Shown here piece after piece: positions 27,876 to 40,260 of a stretch of 64,000 nt of DNA (position 1 is its first letter; every line of letters starts with the position of its first letter). The stretch comes from Lama guanicoe. Taxonomy: Eukaryota. The stretch covers positions 150,773 to 214,772 of the forward strand of contig MU054122.1 in assembly GCA_013239625.1 (NCBI GenBank), given 5' to 3'. Under the pieces are notes generated by a model. The model saw nothing but the letters and a program-made list of their open reading frames with translations. It was not told the DNA's origin and searched no databases. Both the position numbers and the translations under genes were made by a program.

Positions 27876-30349
27876 AAAAGGTCAGTCATAAACCTTATCT
27901 AGAAATCTGTCAAAATTTAAATTCAGTATTATCCCTGTTGGCTGCTTTTTACTGTCATTTAAGGTGTAGATTCAATTAGTGGCTCTAACCAGGAAAGTGG
28001 CAGCATAGCACGGTGAAGAGGTCAGGTAAAGAGACCTAGGTTACAACACTGGCTCCATGACCAACTAGCTTATTACACACTTAAAACGGAGCCCGACATG
28101 TGAAAGGTCCTTAATAATTGCTGCAGTTAACTGCCGTTGTTATTACTTTGTATTATTGTATTAAAAACCCCACGGAAAACAGCAATGCATTCTATTACAG
28201 AAAAATGGAAAACTCTGATACATCAAAGAAATGAACTTTGGACAGCAAACGTGTGGGGTGATTAAGACGCAACATCCCTAATATGCAGACATCAAACCAT
28301 CAGATGAGAGATGGCAAGACAGAGAGGCAGCAGGAAGGCTACTCTGGATCACAGGGTCAGCCAACAAAGGCGACTCTGAAGAGGCCACGAATGAACTAAG
28401 ACGCGAAAGATGAAACGCAGCTGCGGCGGAAAAGCCTCGGGTGAGGGCACTCTGTGGGGAGACAAGAGCAAAAGCAAAGGCCAGAACATAGCAGGAACTT
28501 GGAGGGTCTGAGGAGCGTGGGAGGAAGAAACCTCTCCTGGGAGAGAACCAGGGGAGAGTGGTAGAAGTAGTCGAAGAGGCAGACAGAAGCCAGACCTCAT
28601 AGGCCTAAGAAGAGGGGACTGAGATTCTAACCTCAGAGGGAAACCACGAAAGCTGGGAGTGACGTGTTCCAGTTTACTGCGCAAAAGATCCCTTTGTTGC
28701 TACATGGAGAAAGGATGGGGTAGGAAAGCAGAGTGGAAGGAAGCAGTGGAGCAGTTGGGAAACTATTTTACTAACTTAAGGAGGAGATGATACAGCTTAG
28801 ATTTGGGGTAGCAGCAGTGATAATAGAAATTTGTGTACAAATTCAGGTTGCATTGGCTGATAGAAGAGAGAATATGTTTCCTTAACTCCCCCAAAATGCA
28901 AACTAAAATTATACAATTTCCCCTGTCAAATTCACAAAGGTTAAAAAGGGATAATACAAATCCTAAGGAAAATGTACTCGAGGGCGGCACTCAGAAACCT
29001 CCCCAAAGCAACTTCCTGTATTATCAAGTCTTTTAAAAAAATTCTCACAATTTTTGACTTAGTAACTAGCACATTGCCAGTCAAATCAGCACAAGTCAGC
29101 ACACTGAATTAATGAATTCAACTTTTAGATCTTTTATTAAATTAATTCGACTTCTAGAAAACACAGGAAAAAGACAATCAAGATTTACTGTAACACATTT
29201 ATACTTGCAAAAAATGGGGGGAAGGCTAACATTCAACACTTAAGGAGTGGCTGAATTATAGCTTATGATAAAGCACTAAGCAACCTTCAAAGTCACATTC
29301 ATTAAAGGATTTCAAGATGTGGCGGGGAATGCTAACATACAACATTAGAAAATTAACTAAGAGAGCAAATAGTACTAAAATTTTGTTGTGTTTTCCTGCT
29401 GGTAAGTTTTGGCATGAGAACTGAACATAGAGAGCCATCAAATAGGTACGTAATACAAATTTAATAATCACGAACCTCTTCCAGAATCAAAACTCAATAA
29501 TGCTTAGAAAACTGATGTGCCCAACACATCACATATTGTCTCTATCTTACAGTACAAGTCTCTTGTTACCCTTGGTCCTAAAAAAGGAAGCAGGGAAGTT
29601 TCAGTTTTGTGGTTGTCTTGGTAATTTAAGAATAAACATGCACATCCCAAGTCTGTTTGTCACTCTGTATTCTCCAGTGCCTAGCTCAGTACCTGGGACC
29701 GATGAGGAGCTCAATAAATATTTCTGAGCGAGTATCACAGAAAATAACCGTTGTGATTCCAACTCAGGACCAAAGAAATTTAAAAACCTCAAAATGGAAG
29801 AGGTACATAAAATAGTGAGAATACTTTATAGTATTTTGAGTGGTTACAGTGTACCAGGCATAATTATAAACTTTACCCACTTGTTCTTTAATCCTCACAA
29901 TAAAGCATTTCTGAAAGAACTACTTTTCACGCTTTTAAACCAGGAAACAGGTTCAAAAATGTTGAGGAACTAGCCCAAGGTCACATTGCAACTAAGTCTG
30001 AACTCAGTGCTTCTGGAGCCTAAATGTACTTAGACGTGATGTATCAAGACAAGACGTTTCTTTTCAATTGTCAGAACTGACCAGGACTTTCCTCTAGGCT
30101 TCACCTATAGTTCCACCCTGTGTTCACTAACTCCTAGCTTGCATGTAGTCATCGCTATGTCAATCCAGCCCTCACCAGCAGAGCCCTGCCCAGCGACCTC
30201 TCTTTCCTGGCTGACTTCCTCGAGGGTAAAGGACCAAGTTTCCAAGCCCCCGGGTGACAGCCACACTCAGAATTGGGCACTGGCACAGGGCAAGGGCCTC
30301 GCCCTTCCCCCTCTGTCAGTACCATTTCGGTTGGGCTTTTCAGCCAAGC

Positions 30350-30800
30350 CTTGCGGATTCAGGACTGACAAACATTACAGCCCGGTGCCCCGCCCGCGCT
30401 TCGGACCAGGCTCGCTGAGGGAGGCAGAGTCCCCGCCGGAAGGGGCCGGCTGGGGCGCCGCGCCGGACGATTTCCACGAGGACCGAGCGCCGCTCCTCCA
30501 TTCCCCCGCCAGTCTCCGCCCCAAGCGTCTCGCCGCTGCTCCCCTCCCTGGAGTCCGAGCTCAGACCAGCGCCAACGCACAAGTGCAGATAGAGGCGCCC
30601 TGTGCCCCCTTACCTCTTAGCGCGTGGTGCATACCCCCAATGCCGCTGTACAGCTCCAGGACCCGCAGGGGCTCCATGCCGCCGCCGCCGGCCGCCGCTT
30701 CCGAGCTAGTCCTTCCGGTCCCGTTGTTTCGCCTTCCCCCTCGGCCCCGCCTCTCCCTCGCTTCTGGTTCCGCGGCTTTTCAATTCCCCCCTTCCTAAAG
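30350..30800 (-). promoter_or_regulatory. TRDMT1 CpG-island promoter / 5' UTR
   Basis: CpG- and GC-dense segment around exon 1. GGC repeats just 5' of the ATG, ETS-type CGGAAG motifs (30698-30703, 30712-30718, minus strand), GC box at 30745-30751; no TATA box seen. Confidence 0.85.
30614..30677 (-). CDS. TRDMT1: TRDMT1 (DNMT2) coding exon 1
   Basis: Reverse strand reads ATG GAG CCC CTG CGG GTC... = MEPLRVLELYSGIGGMHHALR(E), C5-MTase motif I. 64 nt, followed by donor gtaagg, inside a CpG island. Confidence 0.97.
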
Positions 30801-32530
30801 CTCAAGCTCAGAACTTTACAGGGCAGCTCTAGGGGCTCAAGGCTGGCAGGGGTCACCAAGTGAACGAAGAGCAGGAAGCACGAAGGCCTCCCAAGTGAAT
30901 GGGATCCACTCTGTGGTCTGATTTAGGCTCCATCTTCCTTCTAAATTGTATTCAGGGGTCTTGGGAGGGAGAAACATAATCCAGGACTCAGAAGAAGGGT
31001 GAAATCTGCCTCTGTCCCAAAATGAATGTCACAAGTTAGAATCCAGAAAAAAAAATTCATTTCTCTAAGCATGCTGCTTTTTCGACCCTTGGAAGCCTGA
31101 AGTGTCCACACCTCTCTTCCACTAGCCTTGAGCACGTACCACGTGCCTCGTGTTGGGCCCACACTCAGGTCATGGGGATAAACCAGTCTTTTCCCCAGAG
31201 AAGGTCCTGAAGGTTCCAGTGCAGAAAACAGCACATATGCTGCAGAGCCCAAGGCGAGCTAATACAAAGGATGCCTGCTTAATTGCTAGTGGGGTTCATT
31301 ATACTTCAGCTTGGAAAATACCTCCAACAAAGGGTCTGCTGTAATATAATGTAGAACTATTTATGGCCCTCCAAGTGCCAGGGCCTGGCTTCTCCAAGAT
31401 GGTCCAGTGACCAAATTGTTAGCTAAATTCCAAACTAAGAAAACATGGTCAGACGCAGGAGAAGGCATGATCTCACTGTGAAGTGTTTTTCTGTTGTGCC
31501 CACAAGTTCACTTTTGTTTGAGGGGGTACCACTTGTCATATAACTGTATCTGAATTGTGGAACTGACTGATCCATTTTGATGTGTACTATGAAATTTTTC
31601 ACTGTAAATGTGTATTGGACTTTAAATGTTTGGTTTTTGTTGGCCATATATTTCAGAAAAGTGGAGTGGTGTGAAAGATACTGGGGAACAGTGTCTCAGC
31701 CCTGGCATTGCCAGTTACTGGTTGTGTGCCTTGGCGGTGAGCCTGGTTTCTTCATCATCTGCACAATAAAGAGGAAGGAAGAAGGGGAAATGATTGCTTA
31801 AGGGCCCTGTAGCTCTAAGATTCTGTGGCTGAATTAGGACTTTAAAAAGTGAGTCCTGATTGGGCCACACGCTAATTATCTGCTCAAATTGAAATGATCT
31901 AGAAAGAAGACATTTTAGAAATCTGCTTTAAGCAAATATGCTTTTAAACCAACTCAGCTTATAGAAATCATATACCCAGAAACTATATAATGCATGAAAC
32001 AGACTGTTCTAATATTGATTACATAATTCGAGTACCATAGATACAGATCAGGGCGTAAAATATAAAGAAAGTTGTATAAAGTGATTTATATAGTCATCAA
32101 TCAGTATAGTAAATAAATCTAAAATCTGTGTAGCATTCTTACCTTGTAGGCCAGAAGACAGAAATATATGGAAGAGTTCATGAAAAATACCAACCTCCTG
32201 AGCAGAAGGGAGGTAGAACCTCATCCACACACAAGCTGATTACAAACTGTTCACTCTGATACTTAAGGGTCTTCACGATGTAGCCCCAGATTTACTTTTT
32301 TGCCTTAACTTTGCTTTTTCCTCTTCTTTAACGCTCCCACAAACTAGAGGCCTCGGCATTCCCCAAATGCCACTTCTCAGGTTCCTTGCTTACTCTTTTA
32401 CCCTGCCTAGAAACCCCAGCCTTCTTCAAGACCCTTGCTTCAAGCAGAAGCTTCCTTCTGTGCTCCCAGGCTAGTATCCTACCCCCCGAAACTTGTTTCA
32501 GTTCCCCAGTACACCCCCTCCCAGTCTTCT

Positions 32531-32858
32531 TGTTACGGAGTCCAAACTCATTCTGCTGGCTGTATGATAGGGCAATAAATCAGGAGACGAGGTTTTGGGG
32601 CAAGGAATAGCAACTTTATTTGGAAAGCTGACAGACTGAGAAGAAGGCAGACTAACGTCCTGGAGAATCATCTTCCTCAAGTCAGATTTCAGGCTCCTTT
32701 TATACTAAAAAGGAAGGGGGGTGTGGTTGTCTGTTGCAAACTTCTTGGTGTAGAAGTTTTTTGTTCTTGGAATCCTTTGTTCTTGCAGCTGTCCTTGTGG
32801 GTCGGGTCATGGTGTCCCTGTAAAACCTCCAACAAAACAAATGTTATTTTCTATTACA
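32531..32858 (-). mobile_element. ERV1-type solo LTR with 4-bp TSD
   Basis: TG...CA termini, TTCT duplicated at 32527-32530 and 32859-32862; minus-strand TATAAAAG (32697-32704) followed by AATAAA (32615-32620). Confidence 0.8.
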
Positions 32859-35049
32859 TTCTAAAATACAAACCCCTCCTCTTCCTATCACTAAATCCTT
32901 TCAGATGGTTCTAGCCCAATGTTTGTCTTATATATGCCACATCTTCTCTTTACCTGGTATTTTCTTTCTAAAGCTTATCACCCATGATAATCACTTTAAG
33001 AACAAAAACTTTATTATCGCAATTCACAACTATCTCCATGGAAGCATCTGTAGGCAGTCTGCCCCCTTGGATTCTGTATGCGTTCTCTTCCAAACACTGG
33101 CACAAATTGTGTGAGTTGGGGGTGCCACAATTGGGAATAACCAAGGAGGAATGTGGGATGGGCAGATAAAGAAAAAAAAAGATACATATTGATTATTCTT
33201 TCCCAAATGTTCTTACAGGAGAAAAAAAGCTTTCTAATCCTATAATCTTCTATAAAGTTATCCTCAGTGATCTATCCAATAGAGCTGTTATCCTAATCAG
33301 AGAAACTGAACATACTTTTTGAAAATACAAACAGCAAAAATTGAACTTTAAAATATTCAGTGCATTTTCCTTCAAAATAGAAAATACACTTTGCTTTAAA
33401 AAATGCTACTTAAAACCTTGCATATATGAAGCATATCAGAAATAATTAAGGGGCACAATAAAAGACCGAGGGGCACATTAAAATGGTAATAGCACACTCT
33501 CACTTATTTAAAGGGCTCATTGTAAACCTAAAATCTGATGATATTTTATTCTTCCTCTCCTGCCTGTCACTGATCATTAATATCTAACAAAATTAAACAA
33601 AGCCTGCCAAATGCTTAAAATACTTTTTGCCACCATCTTTGAGATTCTGTGATCTCGGCCATTCTTTATTCCCCAGGGAAACATGATGCAGGTTCCTACA
33701 TATGATTGCCTGCAGGGAGAGAACACCCTGCTTATGCCAATCTGAGTAGTGAATAAATTACACTCTGGTTTTACAAAGAAGAATGGTTTTTATGAATAGC
33801 CTAGAAAATTAAAACGTAGTCTTAGGGGAATAAATTGGCAACGAATGCCCTCGAGAGAAAGGAAATCATATTCAGAAGAAATCTGAATTGGAAAGACTCA
33901 GAGAGCTCATCGACCACGTGACTATTCCAGACACTTATTCCAGAATGCCTCTGACCAGTTCCTGATCCACCAGCATGCTAATGAGGGGCCTCGCATACTG
34001 CACAAAGTAAGCTCTTTGGTGGTGAAGAGCTTGAATTATTAGAAAACTCTAACTTATAGTCATGTAAAATCCAGTCCCTTTTAGATTTGCCCTCTGCACT
34101 GATTTTGAAGAACCACCCCCCTTCTGTAATGAATTGCACTGTGGTTAAGACTAGATGCTGGAAAGCCGAAGAATGTAGATCAGAAATCATAGTTCTGCCT
34201 CTTCCTAGCTGTGTAACTTTGGGGAAGTCACTTAACCTCTCTGAGCCTAAGATGTGTGAAAATAGAACATGCAGTTGCTATGGGGATTCAGTGAGAATTA
34301 AAAGCACTTTGCCCAGTGCTGAGCCCAAAATAAATGTCTATGTGTGTGTGATAAATAGTGTCCATATAGTGACATTCTCTAAGTGATGCCTTCTCAGTCC
34401 CTTCAGCCGTGTTGTAGGGCGTGACTCTGACCCCTGGAGTCACTCACGCTCCAGTTTGGTGATGCTTGTTTTAGGAGCCAGAATTGAACTCAGGGCCCAA
34501 ACAAGGTCAGATCAGCATGTAAGGTGGTCCAGATGGACACCGAGATTTAAGGGCTCCGAGGGAGCTTGTGGGAGGCATCCAGGGGTAGCCAGGGCGAGGA
34601 GCAGTGTGGAATACAGGCTGGATGTGGGAAGCCATAGGCATGACTAGGGGAGTGCTGAGCACAGATGCATCTAAAGTAGGAAGACAGACAGCAGCATCCC
34701 TAGTAAGAGAGACCCCATCTCAGCTCTTAACTCCCAGGAAAACCACGGCAGCTGTGAAGGTACATCTACAGGGCTGGCCATCTTAGGAAAAAATTGTTAA
34801 AGTGACCTCATCCCAGATGCATGAGTAGGTGAGACGTGGGGTGGACCTGAGGGGAAACTTATTAACACCATCCAGTCCACTTATGGACCCTTTGATGTGT
34901 CAGGCACTGAAGAAAATTTTAATTAAAAACTTTTAAGGGTAAAATCTGTCATCTGTGTCTCACTGTTAAAGTACCAATAATAAAAAACAATTTAATACCA
35001 TCTCCCTAAGCATAAGACTATTTGACCAACTTCATTGATTCCAAGCTAC

Positions 35050-35240
35050 AATGAATAGGGTGGCCATTAGCCACATCTGGTGGCTTACATTTAAATTAAC
35101 TTAATTAACATCAAATACTTAGTTCATCAGTTTCCCGAGGCATGTTTTGAGTAGCCCATGTGGCTGGTGGCTCCAGCATGGGCTCAGGAAAAATAGAGAT
35201 GGTTTCCATCATCCCAGAAAGTTCTATTGGACAGAACTAC
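35050..35240. mobile_element. hAT-Charlie MITE (MER3-like)
   Basis: ccattagccacat...atttaaattaacttaatta...atgtggctggtggct...tttccatcatcccagaaagttctattggacag. Confidence 0.7.
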
Positions 35241-36336
35241 TCAAGAGTGACGTCTCTTGAAGCCTAGAATTTCATAGTTAGCCCATCAATAACTGGACAG
35301 TGCTGAAATATGCAGCAACTATTTGATTACTGCATACTGAACACTCATTTAAATTAAGTGCCCCCCCAAATATAGAGTAAAAGGAACTCAAATAAAAGCA
35401 AATCTTGTAGCCAAACATTTCCCTTCTTTCTCTGGTGGACATCTAGTCACCTTATTCAGAGACACAAAGGAAACAGGAAACAGCAGGTGTGTTCTGTCAA
35501 TGACATAAATTGCTAAGAGAAAAAGTACAGATGGAAAAATAGGAACTTCATGGTGTCTGGATAGAATAATACTTTTCTGATGTGGAGTCTATTTTAGGGA
35601 ATTCTGATTGTGAATACAATCTTACGCTTAACCCAGAAGAAGAAAAAGAAAAAAAAATTTTTAATTGTCATCAAGAGGATATTTAATCATAGATTTTCCA
35701 CTGAAAAGCACAGACACCACACAGTGTGCCTTATAGCTTTACCATTTCAAAGGACTCAGTCCTAGATTTTGACATTGATTTTTCTCTTTGAGGCTGTTTC
35801 TGAAATTTCCAATCAAACACTGTTTTGCAGCAAATTTTAAATATTACATTTTAATTAAATTGAAGACAGGGAGATTCTCTATCTGTAAAACTGCTTTCAT
35901 AAGCTCATGGAAAGTCAGAGCTGGAAGGAATCTTAAGGACTATTTGGTTCAGTGTTTTTCCAACTATTTTTAGATGTAGAACCTTTTGTTCAAACAAAAT
36001 CTCATCTAGGATCAGGGCAGAGACAGAGAGGTTGAGGGTGTGCCATGGGTACACACACAGACCCACACAGACACACACACAGCTGTTCTGTTGATGAAGC
36101 ACAGTCAGTAGGCACCTCAAAATGATATCCTCTACCCCCATCGACACCCACACCCCTCCAACCCCTAACTGCCTCTAAGCCCCACTGTGGGACATGGATT
36201 GAAAACCACTGATTTCAGTCACCCTCAGTTTGTGAGATGCAGACATGGAGATCAAAAGGATTAGGTAACTTGCCTGGGCCCACAGGCAGGTGGAGAACAG
36301 GGAATTCCAACTCACTGGAAAGATCCTAACTTAGTA

Positions 36337-36624
36337 CAGAAGACATAATAAACAATCTTATGGTTGCCGGGGAAAAGGGGTGGGAAGGGATAAATTTGGG
36401 AGTTTGAGATTTACAAATGTTAGCCACTATATATAAAAATAGATTTTAAAAAAGTTTCTGCTGTATAGCACAGGGAACTGTGTTCAATATCTTGTAATAA
36501 CCTTTCATGAAAAAGAATATGAAAACAAATATATGTATATATATGCATGACTGGGACTTTGTGCTGTACACCAGAAATTGACACATTGTAACTGACGTAC
36601 TTCAATAAAAGCAAAAACAAAGAT
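36337..36624 (+). mobile_element. Young 5'-truncated L1 3' tail (artiodactyl/camelid type)
   Basis: gggataaatttgggagtttgagatt...ctgtatagcacagggaact...tgtacaccagaaattgacacattgtaactgac...caataaaa; flanked by acttagta (36329-36336 and 36625-36632) as a probable TSD. Confidence 0.85.
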
Positions 36625-37049
36625 ACTTAGTAGGCTCCACTGCTCCATGCCTGCTGGGCCCCTATACCCAGTGGCAAAGCCAGGGGTCCAAACTAAAGCA
36701 GCCCTAGTCACCAGAATACAGTGCTTCCTGAGAACAGGTTGGCCTAAAGAACAAAGGCAACTTGTGAGGAGTACAAAGCTAAGCCGAACTCATCCAGCAA
36801 AACATGTTACAAAGGTTAATTTTGCATCACCAAAGAGCATCAATCTCAAAGACTAATTACTAACATTGATAATAGATTCTCTGACCAGTCACTCTTGTAA
36901 AGGCAGCTTGATACAGTGCAAGGAACATGGTCCTTAAACATAAATTGGTTAATATGAATCCCAACTCTAAAACTCACTTTCTACATCTATGAAACCAGGA
37001 TAATATTTGTGAGCAAATTCATTATCTGTATCCAATCGTTTATAATTTA

Positions 37050-37057
37050 TCTATATC

Positions 37058-37089
<32 letters not shown>
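37050..37089. repeat. Compound (TA)n(GA)n microsatellite
   Basis: Direct reading. Confidence 0.95.
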
Positions 37090-38999
37090 ACTCAGTAATA
37101 TGCCTAGAACAATAGATTCTGATTTCCTTCCACTTTGTGCAGTTTGAACTTTGTTCAGTTAACAACTGAACAACAAATTGTATCATAATGTAACATATAG
37201 CCCAGTCTTTTCTAATAATTACATGTAGAGAATTATTTTTCTAGTATGTTTTCAAAAAAGTTATCTTACCAGGAGACTAATTTGCATATTATCCAGCAGG
37301 ATCTCTCTCTGTTGTTTCCTATTACAGCCTTCATTCTTTTCAGGTGTGAAAACAAGACTCATGCTGGGGAGATAGGAGATAAAAGTGTAATGCCTTCAAG
37401 AGCTGTTCTTTTCTCCTTTGCTCTAGTAATTTACCCGAATATTCAGAACTGTTTGATGTCACCAAATCACACGAATCAGATCCAGCAATACCAGGAAAAG
37501 GAAAACACACATACACTCATAAAAGCCCTTATTTTTCCACATAGTCTTGTTTTAAAAATTGATACAGTTATCAGTACTGACAAACTAGAATCCAGAGAAA
37601 AAATCATACACAAGGATCATTTTACCCTAGCTAGTTAAGTAGTAGTTTAGATACACAACCGTATCACTTAGAATCATTCTCATATGATCCAATGGTGATA
37701 AAAATAAATGAAATACAATAAAATCATGTAATACTGCCCTTACTATATTTATTCACTGTGTAAGCAAAAAACCCAACTTTGTATTTACTTAAAATTGTTC
37801 AAACTGACTTTATCAGCTTTCAAAGTCATTTATATAAATATACAACAGAAGCCAGCTTACCCCCAAACTTTCTGTTCATATTTGGAATGCACCACAGGCC
37901 ATTAACCCCTATATTCTGGAGTTAAATTTACTCCTGCAGATCAAGGCTATTAGTGTTTCATTTCCATCTAAGGTAATTACTGCTCAGTTAAAATATAGTA
38001 CAAGTTCCAAAGGGATTTGTTCTAAGTTTAGTCATTCAGAGAGTAGCAATGACTGAAACAGACTAAAGTATCTCTTAATACTAGGATAATATCAATAATA
38101 AATGATAATATAGGCCTTTAAGTCTCAAAGAACTTTATGAATGTTTAAAATGCTGATTAATCTACTTTAGACCTATCAGGTTTTCTCTTTTGATATTCCA
38201 GTTTATTACAAAGAATGAAAAACACTTCACATGATTTGCTCAATGTCACACCAACCAATATTCTCTGGGTTAACAGATTTATTTACAAATCACAGAAGCA
38301 CATTTTTAAAAGAAGAGAAATTATAAAATAGCACCAATATTAAAAAAAAAAGTCTGGAAGGCATCAAATAATTAATGAAATAAAAGAGTTGATATATTTT
38401 GAGGAAAAAAATTCACATTAGCAGTTAGAAGTCATTCTGGTTGGGGAAAAGTGTCTGGAATCTGCATGTCGTATCTTTTTTTTTTTTCCACTCCTTTCAT
38501 TTTAGATCTAAATCCTGGAAGAGAGTGGGAAAAGAAAGGAGCAGAGAACAGTATTTAGGTATCTTTGTAGAGTGCGCAGTTTCAAAATCCAAAAGCTTCA
38601 GACTGTCGTTTCATCATGTTACTTGTTCCCTGCAGAGATGAGACATTATTATTTGGAAAACAGATTTTTGATTATCACCAAACATGAAAGAGAGCTGATA
38701 CATGTACTTTCAGAATGCCCATTATATGGAAAGACCAAGCCAACTGGAAGAATTTCCCTTCTGACCATGCTCTTTCTCAGTAATGATCGAAGATTTACAC
38801 CCATTACGCATAATTTGGAAAGTTGAGATATATGAAAGAGAAAAAAGAAAACTTGAAAACTACAGGGAGGACTTAGGGCTAATATTTTGAAGTATCTCCT
38901 TTCAGTCTTTGCACTCACTATATTCTACTAAAATCATAATCTTATTATATATATTTTACCCCTTGAGTTTTTGCACCAAGCATTTAACCATTACCAGTT

Positions 39000-40260
39000 C
39001 TGCATTTCATTAAATATATCAAAGAGATATATAATTTTTAAGTGTTATCTTCATTTTCCTGAATTTTAGAAATAATACATGCTAATTTTGAGGGATAAGA
39101 CAAATTATAAACATACAAAAAAGGAAAAAGATACATCCTTCTATGAAACCTTGATTCTACCCTTACCCCTAAAAAAAACCACTTGTAACAGTTTACTGAA
39201 TCCCTTTCCTGCCTTGTTTCTGTAACACATAAGCAATGATGTATTTCTCTATTCTCTCACTATTGAAAATTTAAGAGGCTTTAGTGTTTCACTCCATCAA
39301 CAGTGTGATATACACGCTCGTATGTTACTATTCAAATGTTCTCTGATAGTTTCACCAGATCGAGTCTAAAAGTGGGGTTACTTGGTGAAAAGTTGATAAT
39401 TATTACATAAGCCCTTGATGCAACTGGTCAAAACTCATCTTCAAAAAGACTGCAGAGCCCAAATTCCCATCAGCGGGAGCTAAGGATGCTGACCCACCGT
39501 ATCCTCATGAAGAAATGCTGCCATTTTTAACCCTAGTCCATCTTATAGATCAAAAATTTGTATGTCATTTTTATGTTTCCTTTTTTTGCTGAACATCCAA
39601 AAACTAAACTATTATATATTTAGGATGTTTTACTATATATGTTTATTATCATCTGTAGGTTTTTTTCTTTTGTCAATTGTTTGTGACATTTGTACTTCTA
39701 CTGGGATAATGTGTGTTTCTTATTTGAATTATCACAATTTTATTTTTGTTGTTAGTTTTATAGCTACCAGCCATATGTATTAATTACAAAAACACTTCCC
39801 ATTTCCACATTTTCCATTTAATTTGGCTGATAATATTTTATGACACAAAAAAGTACTTAATTTTCTGCAGCCAAATATGCATGTTTTTCCTTTGTGGCTT
39901 ATGCTATGCCTTTTTAGGCTTAGAAGGCCCTTTACATAGAAAAAATTGGCTCAATTCACCTACATATCATTCTCTTCCTTACATTTCAGTTTTAAAATTT
40001 ATTTTGCAACAATATGCAAGGTGATGCTTAAGACTCAACTTTTCTCTAAAAATCTAGTTTCCCCTTTCACACTGGTTTTTAATACTTCCAGTCCCACACA
40101 CTATAAGTGAGTGTGATCTGGGGGTACTGTCCCTTCTTGGAAAAGTCTGGTGAAACACACCTGTAATTACTGAAGCTTTGAAATGCATTCTCACATCTAG
40201 TAGGAGGCCTCACAATTCCTCCTCTTCTTTTGCAAACATTTCTTAGCTATGCCTTCCTGT
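39000..40260 (-). mobile_element. Degraded ancient L1 (L1ME-like)
   Basis: T-rich strand with weak reverse L1 3'-region motifs; boundaries approximate. Confidence 0.5.

Noticed and set aside
206..30677. C5-methyltransferase motifs as part of a restriction-modification or defence system
   Set aside because: Spliced eukaryotic TRDMT1 with canonical exon sizes and intact catalytic motifs; no prokaryotic context, and no CRISPR-like repeat-spacer array anywhere in the window.
30139..30798. 219-aa plus-strand ORF over TRDMT1 exon 1
   Set aside because: Non-ATG start, Pro/Ala-rich low-complexity translation of a CpG island; no protein family signal.
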